Below, one piece after another: positions 20,172-30,732 of a stretch of DNA of 64,000 nt. Source of the stretch: an uncultured Methanoregulaceae archaeon (GTDB lineage Archaea > Halobacteriota > Methanomicrobia > Methanomicrobiales > Methanospirillaceae). Each line of letters begins with the position of its first letter. Position 1 is the first letter of the stretch. Location of the stretch: NCBI GenBank assembly GCA_963705255.1, contig OY970061.1, positions 768,001-832,000 of the forward strand. Direction: 5' to 3'. The notes under the pieces were generated by a model. It saw only the letters and a program-made list of their open reading frames with translations. It was not told the origin of the DNA and ran no database searches. The position numbers and the translations under genes are program-made.

Positions 20172-21218
20172 TCAACCGGGAACGCCCGCAGTAACGGATT
20201 TTTCTTCCCGGTAAATCCGGTAGCTGGTGATGAGAAGGACGAGGATCAACGGGCCGAGGACAAAACCTGCAATTCCCATCGTGAGTATTCCCCCCATAAA
20301 ACCTGTGAACATGACCACCGGGTGGACATGGGCCCGCCTTCCCATCAATACCGGGCGGATAAAGATTTCAGGGAGGGCAGCCACACCGATGTACCCGAGG
20401 AAAAAAAGGATGAGTACTCCCTGGAGATCTCCCAATGCCAGCGCATATGCGCCGATAAGAATGAACGCAACCGTTGAACCGAAGACCGGGATCAGTTCGC
20501 AGAATGCGGCAAAAAAAGAGTAAAAGAGGATGTTCCCGTATCCCAGAAGATAAAAGACCGGCAGGGAGATGAAGAACGTCAGCACCGCAATGGAAAACTG
20601 TGCAACATAAATGACGTGGAGTGTATCGAACGTTACGGAGCTGAGCCGGGCATCATGCTTCCGGATGGACAGGAAAGGGATCCGGAGAAATACACTCTCC
20701 TTGAGTTTTTCTCCGTACAGCAGCAGGAAGAAGACGGAGATGAAAAAAAGAAGTGCCTGGATGGCTATCCGGGTCCCGTTCAGGATGATCGTGGATTCAA
20801 AATCGACAAAAAATTCCCTGGCAACAGAGAGCCAGTAGATGAACTGTGAGCGGAAAAAGGAAGCCGTTGAGGGAGAGATCTTCTGGTCGACAGCGAGCAG
20901 GGGGTTTGTCGAAGGGTCTGTAAGCCATGAGCGGATGGTATCCAGTATGGCCATCAGAGGTGCCGAATTTTTTGAAAATACGAAGACCATGGTGGCGAGG
21001 ATGGCCAGGAGGATACAACAGACCCCCGCGGTGAGCACAGCAGCGGAAAGCCACGGTTGTACAGAACGGGAAAACCGGTGATGAACCGGGAGGAGTATGA
21101 CCGCTACCGATGCCCCGACAATGACCATGCTGGCAAACGGCCAGAAGAGGACCAGACCAGCGAGCGCTAAAAGGCCCGCGATGATCCATACAGGATAGTC
21201 TGTCCGAGGCTGTTTCAT
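20172..21218 (-). CDS. AI-2E family (PerM-like) transporter
   Basis: ELIPVFGS, IRPVLMG, HP...GF.GG...G..GF.LGP pattern. Confidence 0.88.
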   Translation of the reverse strand: MKQPRTDYPVWIIAGLLALAGLVLFWPFASMVIVGASVAVILLPVHHRFSRSVQPWLSAAVLTAGVCCILLAILATMVFVFSKNSAPLMAILDTIRSWLTDPSTNPLLAVDQKISPSTASFFRSQFIYWLSVAREFFVDFESTIILNGTRIAIQALLFFISVFFLLLYGEKLKESVFLRIPFLSIRKHDARLSSVTFDTLHVIYVAQFSIAVLTFFISLPVFYLLGYGNILFYSFFAAFCELIPVFGSTVAFILIGAYALALGDLQGVLILFFLGYIGVAALPEIFIRPVLMGRRAHVHPVVMFTGFMGGILTMGIAGFVLGPLILVLLITSYRIYREEKSVTAGVPG

Positions 21219-21509
21219 GAACCATTACCTAGTTGGATGGTCTCGGATTAATACGTGTGTCCGGAGGTCCGGAAGTACTGGAACGATACCCATTCCATTG
21301 CAGTCTTCCGGTTATGAGATAACGGGACCCGGGCACACTGCAACGGTGCGTTCCTGTCTTCCCCCGGGGGTTGAAACGGGAAGCAGGCCGTCCATGAAGT
21401 CTTCGTCAGAACGGCCTTTCGCATACATTCCGGTAAAAATCCGCGGGTGCCCCTCCCACCTCACTCCTTATCTTGGTGAACGGCAAATAGTAGAGAGAAA
21501 CGATCTTCC

Positions 21510-22715
21510 ATGGCAGAGATAAAAATCGTCGGGACCGCCCACGTCTCGCAGCAGAGTGTTGACGAAGTCCGGCTGGCTATCGAGGAGTTCAGGCCCGATG
21601 TCGTTGCCATCGAACTCGACCCTGCACGGTTCGCGGCACTGAAAAAACAGGGCCGCGATCCGACAGTGAACGATGTCCTCGCGGTCAGCAATTTCAACTC
21701 GCTCCTCGTCCAGTGGCTGCTCGCCTATCTCCAGCGGAAGATCGGGTTCGATGTCGGAGTCGAACCCGGAGCCGAGATGAAAGCCGCGATCGAGGAGGCG
21801 GAGAAGAGGGGCATCGCCATCGGCCTCGTCGACCGCGATATCCGGGTCACGCTCCTCCGCTTCTGGAATTCCCTTGGGTTCATCGAGAAGATCAGGATGT
21901 TCTGGGCCCTCGTTATCTCGATCGCCGAGATTGACAGGGGCCAGGAGATCGATATCGAATCGCTCAAACAGCAGGACGTTATCGACGTCGTGATGGAAGA
22001 GTTCCGGAAATTTTCCCCGAACGGGGCACGGGCCCTCATCGACGAACGCGATGCGTATATCGCCCACCAGCTCGTCCTCCTGAAGGCGCAGAGGCCGGAA
22101 GGCAGGATCCTTGCTGTGGTCGGTGCCGGGCACCGGCACGGGATTGCCGGCTATATCGGGAACCCTTCCACGCTCCCCCCCTTCGATTCCCTGACCCGGG
22201 AACCGAAGTCATTCCCGTGGGCAAAAGTATTCGGGTTTGTCGTCACCTTCCTCTTCGCGTTCCTGCTCGCCGCGATTGCCTTTTCCGGCGTCGGCTGGAA
22301 TGTCCTTCTCTACGCATTCCTCTTCTGGGTGATCATCCACGGCACGCTCGCCGCCATCTTCACCCTCTTTGCCGGGGGGCACCCGTACTCTGCCATCACC
22401 TGCTTCTTTGTCGCATGGATGACCTCGCTCAACCCGCTGCTGCACGCCGGCTGGATCGCCGCGTACGTGGAAGCACGCGTGCGGAAACCACCCCTCTCGG
22501 ACTTCCGGAAGATCTACGAGACCGAGTCGCTCAGCGAGATGGCAAAGATCCCCCTCTTCAAGGTAGTCCTCGTCGCGGCGCTTGCGAACCTCGGCAGCCT
22601 TATCGGGACGGTCCTGTATTTCATCTTCATATTCCCTGTCCTCAATATCGACCCGGGATATGTCATCTCGACCGGGGTCCACAACATGGGGACCTGGCTG
22701 ACCGGTCTTCTCTGA
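21510..22715 (+). CDS. TraB/PrgY/GumN family protein
   Basis: IVGTAHVS, VAIELD, PGAEM, DRDIRVT, ERD, VVGAGH, followed by a C-terminal TM domain. Confidence 0.92.
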   Translation: MAEIKIVGTAHVSQQSVDEVRLAIEEFRPDVVAIELDPARFAALKKQGRDPTVNDVLAVSNFNSLLVQWLLAYLQRKIGFDVGVEPGAEMKAAIEEAEKRGIAIGLVDRDIRVTLLRFWNSLGFIEKIRMFWALVISIAEIDRGQEIDIESLKQQDVIDVVMEEFRKFSPNGARALIDERDAYIAHQLVLLKAQRPEGRILAVVGAGHRHGIAGYIGNPSTLPPFDSLTREPKSFPWAKVFGFVVTFLFAFLLAAIAFSGVGWNVLLYAFLFWVIIHGTLAAIFTLFAGGHPYSAITCFFVAWMTSLNPLLHAGWIAAYVEARVRKPPLSDFRKIYETESLSEMAKIPLFKVVLVAALANLGSLIGTVLYFIFIFPVLNIDPGYVISTGVHNMGTWLTGLL

Positions 22716-22785
22716 ACCTTTTTCCGGGAAGGTGGGTCCAGGAACAATTTTTTAATCAGCGAACACAGACAACCCATCATAGATT

Positions 22786-23430
22786 ATGGACGATTTCCTG
22801 AAAGAAAGACTGATAAAATATGATACGTGGTTGGATCGCGGACTGATTTCATTTTCTTCAAAAATAGTCCCCATCCGTGAATCTCTATCTGGCCAGCAAT
22901 GGGTGTTACCTTCTGAACAGGTCTTGAATATATTATGCAACGCACAATCAATTGCAGTGCAGAAATGTGCCTGCAGAGTATATTTTTCCCGATGCAATAA
23001 ACCACTCGAAGTCTGTTTTTTACTCAACGGGACCGGCGAACATGCTATAGGAAAAGGCCGGGCACGTCCGGTTTCCTTATCAGAGGCTGCGGATATATTA
23101 CGTAAAGCGGATGAATACGGTCTTATCCATCTTACCCTTTACCAGCCTGATCATGAAATTTATGCACTCTGCAACTGTTGTCCCTGTTGCTGCCATGACC
23201 TTCAGCTCATGAAGGAATATAACCGTAGGGATCTGGTGGTCCGCTCTGAATATGTCGCAGTGACTGACAAGGACTCCTGTATCAATTGTGGCAAATGTGT
23301 TGAGAGATGTATTTTTGATGCCCGAATATTTGGTGACGGCCAGATGCTATACAACTCCGGTTTATGTCTGGGCTGTGGGCTCTGCGTTTCTGTCTGCCCG
23401 GAGCATGCGACTGTGATGCGGCAGCGGTGA
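22786..23430 (+). CDS. 4Fe-4S dicluster protein
   Basis: CACR, CNCCPCCC, CINCGKCVERC, CLGCGLCVSVCP. Confidence 0.88.
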   Translation: MDDFLKERLIKYDTWLDRGLISFSSKIVPIRESLSGQQWVLPSEQVLNILCNAQSIAVQKCACRVYFSRCNKPLEVCFLLNGTGEHAIGKGRARPVSLSEAADILRKADEYGLIHLTLYQPDHEIYALCNCCPCCCHDLQLMKEYNRRDLVVRSEYVAVTDKDSCINCGKCVERCIFDARIFGDGQMLYNSGLCLGCGLCVSVCPEHATVMRQR

Positions 23431-23554
23431 TCGTGACTGCTCGTCCGGTTCTGATACGTCTGCAGTTGGTGACCAATATCTTACGTCGTTAAAATTCCCA
23501 AATCAACCGCCAACGCATCAGCGCCGAAAAATAAGGCCCGTGTTCTCCCCAGGC

Positions 23555-23890
23555 TTACCTCATCGCTGCAATCTCTTTGTCTATCCAGTCCTGGACGAGC
23601 AGTTTCATACCGTTTTTGCCCATCCCGGCGCGGTACCGCATCCGGATCTCGGCTTCCAGCAGGTCAAGGATGGGCGTCACCGTGGTAAAATAGGATTGCG
23701 GACAGGTAAAACCTCCCGCTTTTTCAAGGTGCAGCATGACCAGCTCGTTCAGGTGCGCAAATTCGCCCGTGAGATCGATGATCCTCTCAAGCGTCATGCC
23801 ACACGGGACTTCCGACTGAAATACGTCGCGAGCTGGTCCCCCGCCACCGGTTTCAGGACAAGGGTCTTTGGAGAGATTCTGGTCTGGCAT
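23555..23890 (-). CDS. Hypothetical protein (start uncertain)
   Basis: Helical, protein-like C-terminal part of ORF 23555..24094. Confidence 0.55.
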   Translation of the reverse strand: MPDQNLSKDPCPETGGGGPARDVFQSEVPCGMTLERIIDLTGEFAHLNELVMLHLEKAGGFTCPQSYFTTVTPILDLLEAEIRMRYRAGMGKNGMKLLVQDWIDKEIAAMR

Positions 23891-24068
23891 ACGATCCCGC
23901 ACAGGCAGGTAGTCCTGCCCTGGTTTTTTTAAGAGCCCGCAGAGGTGTTGATCAGGAACAGGTTTTCTTCCGGAGAATTTATTGGTTGGGATCGGGCCCT
24001 GCCAAAAAAAGTTTATCGCATGAAGAGCATTCTCCTCACTGAGCCAGCCCGGCAAAAAACGTGATCCC

Positions 24069-24769
24069 ATGTCCAATACCGCGCTCCTTGTCATCGAAGG
24101 CCTCTGGTGGACGCCGGAGGAAAAACCGAAGCGCCCCTCGGTCTTTCACTTTCTCGAGGGCCTTGAGAGTATCCAGGGCGATTTCAATATCTATTATGCC
24201 AATTTTTACGAGAAGACCGGGTTCCGCAGGGCCCTTGAAGACGACCTGACCAATACCAGCGAGGACCGCCTCTTCCTGTACGTGGCGGCGCATGGGACCG
24301 GCAAAAGGATCGGCGACCTCAAGGCGAAGACCGGGATGAAACTGCCCGCGATGTTCAAGGCCGTAAAAAATGCAGCTAATTACTCGAATATCGAGGGCGT
24401 GCTGATCGGTTCCTGCAGCGTGGGCAACAATATCGGCGATTTCATCTCCACGACCAAGAACTCGCATATCGCGTGGATCTTCGGGTATACCTGCGAAATC
24501 GGGTGGATGGCCAGCACCCTCATCGATGTCTCGATCTTCGAGCACCTGATGGCGCTCAGGAAGAGTGACCTGAAGAGCAGGAAGAAGATCCTTGACGCGT
24601 TTGAAAAGGCCCTCGGGCGTTTCAACGGCGGTTATATTTTGTGCAGGGAAAAGGGGAAGAGCATCCCCTTAAAAGACGCCATCACGCTCGTTGTCCAGCC
24701 GAGGAGACCGGGTACAAGGCCCAGGATGAGACACGGGCGCTGCTGCAGACCCTGGGATGGGCAAAGTAA
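24069..24769 (+). CDS. Caspase/CHAT-fold (DUF6642-like) protein; frameshift near 24705
   Basis: LYVAAHG and VLIGSC His/Cys dyad motifs, then IFGY...IGW. The corrected frame ends TGYKAQDETRALLQTLGWAK* just before the convergent gene. Confidence 0.65.
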
Positions 24770-24784
24770 CCGGTACCGGGCGAA

Positions 24785-25483
24785 TCAGGCCGGTTTTACC
24801 GTGATCTCCGGCTTCGGCAGGAACGGTATGATGCACGCTGCCAGTTTTGCGATGTCCATCGACTGGAGCACAACGGTACCCGGCCCCGTCAGCGTGGTGA
24901 CGAACAACCCCTCGCCGCCGAACAGGGCCGTGGTTATTCCGCCGGCAACGGCGATATCGAACCTGACCGTGGCATCAAACCCGACCACGAGACCGGTCTG
25001 CACCTTGACGACCTCGCCTCTCTTCAGTTCCATCTCGATAATGTCGCCGCAGCACTGGAGAAATGCCATTCCCTGCCCGCTCAGGCGCTGCAGGACAAAT
25101 CCCTGGCCCCCGAAGAGCCCGGCCCGGATCTTCTCGGTGAAAGCGATATCGAGCTCGACCCCCTCTTCGCAGGCAAGGAAGGAATCTTTCTGGGCGATGA
25201 AGACGTCCCCCTGGGATACGGGAACCGGGACCAGCTTTCCCGGCATGGAACCGGCGAACGAGACGAATGCGGGTTCGCTCCCCGCAGCAAAACGGGTAAG
25301 GAAGATACTCTCACCGCTGACCGCACGTTTCAGTCCCGATATGATACCGCCTTTGAGCTGGCTCTCCATCGCAACGGAGCCGCTCATGTTCACCATCGAT
25401 CCGGCCTCGGCATAGACTCCCTCCCCGGGCTGCAGGCCGATCCTGACCATCTGCAGGTTGTCGCCAATGATCTCGTAGTTCAT
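24785..25483 (-). CDS. TIGR00266/AIM24 family protein
   Basis: AEAGSM, GESIF, GLFGGQGFVLQRLSG, FGGEGLF..L.GPG.V.LQS. Confidence 0.92.
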   Translation of the reverse strand: MNYEIIGDNLQMVRIGLQPGEGVYAEAGSMVNMSGSVAMESQLKGGIISGLKRAVSGESIFLTRFAAGSEPAFVSFAGSMPGKLVPVPVSQGDVFIAQKDSFLACEEGVELDIAFTEKIRAGLFGGQGFVLQRLSGQGMAFLQCCGDIIEMELKRGEVVKVQTGLVVGFDATVRFDIAVAGGITTALFGGEGLFVTTLTGPGTVVLQSMDIAKLAACIIPFLPKPEITVKPA

Positions 25484-25635
25484 GGAATCCCTAACCACTA
25501 CATTCACCTGAAAAGTTCAAATGTATTTGGCTCTTTCGACCCGGATTCCGAATGGAGAGGGCCGGAACAAAATTAGTTTGAAAATGAGGGAATTCGTATT
25601 TAATCGCGAAATTGGAACTTCATTATTCTCGACAG

Positions 25636-25675
25636 GATGAACGCCGCCGCCCCCGACGGGGCGCCCCCGCGGCGG
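25636..25675. repeat. 40-bp GC-rich dispersed repeat (copy 2)
   Basis: gatgaacgccgccgcccccgacggggcgcccccgcggcgg is the reverse complement of 14614..14653. Confidence 0.9.
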
Positions 25676-25857
25676 ATTAATTACCGGAAATTAGAGAGAA
25701 ATTTTCACGAAAAAAATGTGGATTTATGAAAAACTCCTTGCCCCGCCGTGCCTCGTAGAGGCCCTGAGGCGGGGAACCCTCTCAAATTCACAGAAAAAAA
25801 AAGATTTTTCCTGTCCTTCTGGTCCACCGGTGGCCGGAAATCCCGGCCGCATCACCG

Positions 25858-25986
25858 TCAGATCAGTGGTTCGTGCCTGATATACACGGTGATTGCCAGG
25901 AATATCGCCGCCAGGAGAAGGAGCGGCACTCCTTCAATGGCCCGCAGGAAGAGTGCGGAATTCCGGATAAGATCGGTTGTTGTCAT
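25858..25986 (-). CDS. Small single-TM hypothetical protein
   Basis: MTTTDLIRNS...LLLLAAIFLAITVYIR. Confidence 0.35.
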   Translation of the reverse strand: MTTTDLIRNSALFLRAIEGVPLLLLAAIFLAITVYIRHEPLI

Positions 25987-26314
25987 GCTGTTTCCTTTTT
26001 TACCATCATTCGTGCCGGAATCCTCCATGGAAAACCCGTCCGGGATCTTCCGGAGGTTCCGGGCCGGTGGATGCCCAAACCACAGAACCTCGCGGCCACC
26101 GGATGGAATGGCGAGCCGGTATAGGTCATGATTTTGTACCACCGTAACTGGTTGTACCAGAATCCGTTGTGGCTGGTTATATAATGCCAAAATAGGGAGA
26201 GTGGTATCCTCTCACCCGGGAGGGGATTATCATAACTCCCGGGTTAGAAAGTCAAAAGATTCAGATCAACGTGAGAACCGGCCGGTGACAAAAGAGGGGG
26301 TCGCGGTGAGGCAA

Positions 26315-26606
26315 TCCTGCTTCATCTCCGAGAGGATTCGACAGGTCGAAGAGCCTGCGGCTCTTCTCCTATCTCATCTCTGATGAGATTCGATAAGTCG
26401 AAGAACGCTGACGCGTTCCGTCGAAGAACCCTTCGGGTTCTTCTCCTGTCTCAAGTCTGATGACTTTCGACAAGAGGGAGTTTTTCCAAACTCCCTCTGC
26501 CACATCTCTTATGAGATGCGGCATTCTCCAGCCTGCCCTTCCCTCCGAGTTCCGAGAGGTTCACCAGAACCTCGAGGACGAGAAGAATTCGATAGAATTC
26601 TTCGAG
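26315..26606. repeat. Mosaic hairpin array (REP/BIME-like), cluster A
   Basis: Alternating GTC-GAAGA..TCTTC-TCC and TRTC-TC-ANNTC-TGAT-GANNT-TC-GAYA units. Confidence 0.85.
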
Positions 26607-26616
26607 TACGGCAGTC

Positions 26617-27927
26617 TTACGCGAACATTGCGCCCTCGACGTCCACCGGCCCGCGGTGGAAGTCCAGGCCTACTTTTGCTATCGCAGCAAGGAAATCTTC
26701 CTGCATGATGGCCGGCCGCTCCTTGCGGATCGCGAACATGCCGGCTTCCATGCAGATCGCGCGGAGGTCGGCGCCATTCTTCCCGTCCGTCATGCCGGCG
26801 ACCTCCTTGAGGTCCACGTTATCGTCGATGGTCAGTGCCCGGCAATGCACCTTCATGATGGAGAGGCGGCCCCGTTCGTCCGGGAGCGGGATCTCGATGA
26901 TCCGGTCGAACCGCCCGGGCCGCAGGAGGGCCTTGTCGAGGATGTCGATCCGGTTCGTGGCACCGATGATCTTCACATCGCCCCGGTTCTCGAAACCGTC
27001 CATGCCGGCCAGGAGCTGCATGAGCGTGCGCTGGACTTCGCGGTCTCCGGACGTATTTGCTTCCGTGCGGCTCGCACCCACGGCATCGATCTCGTCGATG
27101 AAGATGATGGTCGGGGCTTTCTTCCGGGCCAGGTCGAAGAGCTCGCGGACGAGCCGGGCCCCTTCCCCGATGTATTTCTGGACCAGCTCCGAACCGACAA
27201 CCCTCATGAAGTGGGCGTTGGTCTCGTGGGCGACTGCTTTTGCGAGCAGGGTCTTGCCGGTACCGGGAGGCCCGTGGAGCAGCACGCCCTTCGGGGGGTC
27301 GATGCCGATCCTGAGGAAGAGCTCGGGCCGTTTCAGCGGCAGTTCGACCGCTTCCTTGATCTCGTTGATCTGCTGGTCCAGCCCGCCGATATCGGAGTAC
27401 GTCTCCTGCGGCGAGTCCACCAGCTCCATGCCATAGACCTGCGCATCGAAACTGGTCGGGAGCAGTTCCACGATGGCGAGCGACTGCTGGTTGAGCGTGC
27501 AGCGTGCGCCCGGCTTGAGATCGTCCGCCTTGATCGACGGCGAACTCCGCACGAGGAACCGCGGGCCTGCACTGCTCCGCACAATCACCCGCGATGCGTC
27601 GACCACATCGGTGACCGTGCCGATGATCAGCGGCGGGCTCCTGAGCTGTTCGCTCTCGCTCTTGAGCTTCCGCACTTCGCGCTCGTACCGGATCTTCTGG
27701 GTCTCGATGTACCGCTTGTCCGCCTCCACCTGCCGGAGCTGTTCGCGGAGTTCGAGGTTGCGGGACTCGAGGTTTCCGACACGCTCCATCATCTGGGCCT
27801 CGAGCTCGTGCTTGTCGCTCTCGATCTGGATCAGCTGTTCCCGCAGCTGCTCGGAGAGTGTGCGGTACAGCCGGTACAGTTCTTCGGGAGTCTGCGGATC
27901 AGATGACTGGTGGAGGATGTCGGCCAT
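26617..27927 (-). CDS. pan: Proteasome-activating nucleotidase
   Basis: Coiled coil plus OB domain, [25 protein letters not shown]-terminal HbYX-like MFA. Confidence 0.96.
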   Translation of the reverse strand: MADILHQSSDPQTPEELYRLYRTLSEQLREQLIQIESDKHELEAQMMERVGNLESRNLELREQLRQVEADKRYIETQKIRYEREVRKLKSESEQLRSPPLIIGTVTDVVDASRVIVRSSAGPRFLVRSSPSIKADDLKPGARCTLNQQSLAIVELLPTSFDAQVYGMELVDSPQETYSDIGGLDQQINEIKEAVELPLKRPELFLRIGIDPPKGVLLHGPPGTGKTLLAKAVAHETNAHFMRVVGSELVQKYIGEGARLVRELFDLARKKAPTIIFIDEIDAVGASRTEANTSGDREVQRTLMQLLAGMDGFENRGDVKIIGATNRIDILDKALLRPGRFDRIIEIPLPDERGRLSIMKVHCRALTIDDNVDLKEVAGMTDGKNGADLRAICMEAGMFAIRKERPAIMQEDFLAAIAKVGLDFHRGPVDVEGAMFA

Positions 27928-28056
27928 TCTCGCTTCAAATCAGCTATATGGTGAAACTGCCTATAAAGTGTTTGCGAGAGGGCATTTTCCCAAAAGCGGC
28001 GTGCCGCATCCAACAGTGAGAATTTATATTCCCGCACCCACCTTCTTTGTGAGATC

Positions 28057-28565
28057 ATGCAGTGTGAGATGTGCGGAGAAACGATTCGCGGCCCCCCAAG
28101 CTGGTCCGGGTAGAGGGGGCCGAACTGCAGGTATGCAGCAAATGCGAAAAATTCGGCACGGAGGTCCAGCAGGTGAGGCGTACCGACCTTGTACGGCCGG
28201 CGGCCCCGCGGCAGGCGGGGGCCAGGGCCCCGGCACCGGTCGCCACGGCATACCGGAAAAAGGACCTGTTCGACTATATGGAGGGGGAGATCGTCGACGA
28301 TTACAGCGAACGGATCCGCCATGCCCGCATGGAAAGAGGGCTCTCCCAGAAAGACCTTGCCATGCAGATGAAGGAGAAAGAGCACCTCATCAAGAAGATC
28401 GAGAACCGCGAGCTGATCCCGGAAGAGGATGTCCGCAAAAAATTCGAAAAGACACTGGGGATACGGCTGATCGATGCCCCGGTCGCCGAATCGGAAAAGA
28501 AAGTGCAGTCTAGACTCGCCCCGACGCTCGGGGATCTCACCACCATCCGGAAAGCAAGAAAATAA
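28057..28565 (+). CDS. Archaeal multiprotein bridging factor aMBF1 (frameshift in C-run near 28095)
   Basis: MQCEMCG...VEGAELQVCSKC Zn ribbon, Cro-type HTH, TLGD motif; divergent from pan. Confidence 0.92.
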
Positions 28566-28830
28566 CGGGGCGACCTGCCCGCTTCATTTTTTATGCAGGC
28601 CCGGGAACCGGATCAGGAAGGTTGCCGGGCGTGTCCTGCAGGCCCCCTCCGTTCGTGGTCAGAGAGAAGCCATCCGGGTCCACAAGCCCTGCCAGGATCA
28701 TCGCTACGGGCGTCGAACCGGCGTAATTTTTCCCCAAACACCGCCTTTATACACTCCCCCACATAATCTATCGCTGGTATCCGGCATCCATGAGATCCTT
28801 TGGAGATACCATCGGTACAGGAGAATGGTG

Positions 28831-29268
28831 ATGTCAACCGTTGAGGAAAATATGCGTCTCATGCAGACGCTGGATGATGCCTGGAACTCCCAGGACTGGG
28901 CAACGTTCGGGAAACGCCATGCGGCACAGGTAGATGTCTTCTGGCCGGGACAGGCACTGCCGACGCACGGCCGCTCCTCCCACAAGGAAGAGGCGATAGC
29001 CTTCTTCAGGATCTTCCCGGACAACAAGGTCGGGAACCGCCCCTACAGGATATTCTTCGGGGAAGGCGATTACACGTGCTCTGTCGCCGAGTTCACCGGG
29101 ACATTCAGGGGCCCGATGACCACTCCCGACGGGAAAGTAATTCCGCCGACCGGGAAGAAGTTCAGGGTCGAGTTCTGCACGGTCGCCCGATGGAAGAACG
29201 GGGAGATCGTTGAAGAGAAGCTCTTCTATGACAAGATCTCCCTGATGCAGCAGGTCGGGCTGATGTAA
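28831..29268 (+). CDS. SnoaL-like ester cyclase (NTF2 fold)
   Basis: FF..FPD, FTGTF.GP, IPPTGK, W.NG.I.EE...D. Confidence 0.88.
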   Translation: MSTVEENMRLMQTLDDAWNSQDWATFGKRHAAQVDVFWPGQALPTHGRSSHKEEAIAFFRIFPDNKVGNRPYRIFFGEGDYTCSVAEFTGTFRGPMTTPDGKVIPPTGKKFRVEFCTVARWKNGEIVEEKLFYDKISLMQQVGLM

Positions 29269-29424
29269 GAATGGGAAAAATATCAATTTTTTCATTCCCG
29301 TGAAACGTGAAAGAGAGACAAGAGAGACAAGAAAGAACAAAAAACCTGAGACGACTGTTCTCGTTCCGGAAAAACGATCTACCTGCACGGGTGAGAGCTT
29401 TCCGGTGGGGACACAATCTGCATC

Positions 29425-30127
29425 ATGACACCCAAGAATAAAAAGGCATCAGGGTCCGGACCGGATACCATGAACGTTACGGTAAGCCGGAACGGCCCCT
29501 ATATCGTGACCGGTAGCGTTCCGATCAGGACGATGGAGATCTGCAACGATGCCGAAGGGAACTGCCGCACCTGGAAGACAGTTCACGAGTTCCCGCTGCA
29601 GGAGCAGTACGCCCTCTGCCGCTGCGGCCACTCGAAGAACAAGCCGTTCTGTGACGGGACCCACGCGGAGATCCACTTCGACGGGACCGAGACCGCCGGG
29701 GATGAAGCTTACCTCCGGCACCCGGACTCCACCGAGGGCAGGGACCTGCGTCTGGAAGATGTCGGGAACCTCTGCGTCCATGCCCGGTTCTGCATGCGGG
29801 CCGGCGGGATCTGGAACCTGACCAGGAATTCGGGTATCCCGGAAGCCCGCGATACGGCGATCGAGGAAGCCTGCAACTGCCCGTCGGGGCGGCTCGTTGT
29901 CCGGGACCGGAAGAGCGGCAGGGCAATCGAGCCGGAACTGGAAAAGTCCATCGTGCTGATCGAATACCCTGCCCGGCACGAGCACGGCCCGCTCTGGGTC
30001 CGGGGGCGGCATACCGGTGGTATCTGCCGATGGTAAACCCTACGAGGTCCGGAACCGGGTCACGCTCTGCCGGTGCGGAAAGTCGGGGAACAAGCCGTTC
30101 TGCGACGGCAGCCACATCAGACCCTGA
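29425..30127 (+). CDS. CDGSH iron-sulfur domain protein (two CDGSH domains plus divergent 4Fe-4S); frameshift near 30008
   Basis: [17 protein letters not shown] and [17 protein letters not shown]; C.HARFC...CPSG. Confidence 0.92.
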
Positions 30128-30181
30128 GTACGGTCAGGGTAGACGGAAGAGAGAAAGACTGGAAAGAGGAAGGTTGAGCAT

Positions 30182-30574
30182 ATGAGTTTCATTGAAGCAG
30201 CATCCGTTGACGATCTCCCGGTCGGTACGATGAAGCATGTCGAGATAAAAGGAATCGAGATCGCCCTCGCGAACGTGAACGGGACGGTCTATGCGGTCAG
30301 CGACCGCTGCGGCCACCAGAACGCCCCGCTCTCGAAGGGGACGCTGGACGGGAAGATCGTCACCTGCCCGCTCCATCACGCACAGTTCGATGTCACCACC
30401 GGTAAGATGGTCTCCGGTATGGTCGAGCTCTCGCTGCCCGGGATGGACCGGACGCCAAAAGAGTTCCAGGACGCGCTGAAAGCGATTGGGGAGTTGACAA
30501 GCCACATCAAAACCCATGACCTCCCGCCATTTCCGGTCAAGGTCGCAGGCAACCGCATCTTTGTAAAAGTATAG
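30182..30574 (+). CDS. Rieske-type [2Fe-2S] ferredoxin
   Basis: CGH...CPLHHAQFD. Confidence 0.92.
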   Translation: MSFIEAASVDDLPVGTMKHVEIKGIEIALANVNGTVYAVSDRCGHQNAPLSKGTLDGKIVTCPLHHAQFDVTTGKMVSGMVELSLPGMDRTPKEFQDALKAIGELTSHIKTHDLPPFPVKVAGNRIFVKV

Positions 30575-30732
30575 CGGGTCCGGTGGTGTCGGGCCCGGCC
30601 AGACCAGATCGGCACTGCATGCCTCACAGGATCCTGTACCGGAAAAATATACCGGAAAAAAGAATGTATCTCTCTGTTTTTCTCCGGGTATCAGCTGTCT
30701 CTGCACGCGGGGGGCAGCGGGCAGAAACCTGC

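Noticed and set aside
24069-25415. 448-aa protein overlapping the TIGR00266 gene
   Set aside because: The extension arises from a frameshift near 24705; the corrected gene stops at 24769.
26380-26420. Hammerhead ribozyme or C/D-box sRNA (CTGATGA motif)
   Set aside because: CTGATG forms the closing pair and loop of a hairpin here, varies to CTGAGG and CTGGCG in other copies, and the GAAA/UH core or properly spaced C/D boxes are missing.
26315-26606. CRISPR array
   Set aside because: Units vary in sequence while keeping structure, there are no unique constant-length spacers, and no cas genes are present in the window.
28092-28098. Phase variation at the poly-C tract in aMBF1
   Set aside because: The tract is short, the gene is a conserved housekeeping factor, and similar indels occur throughout the window.
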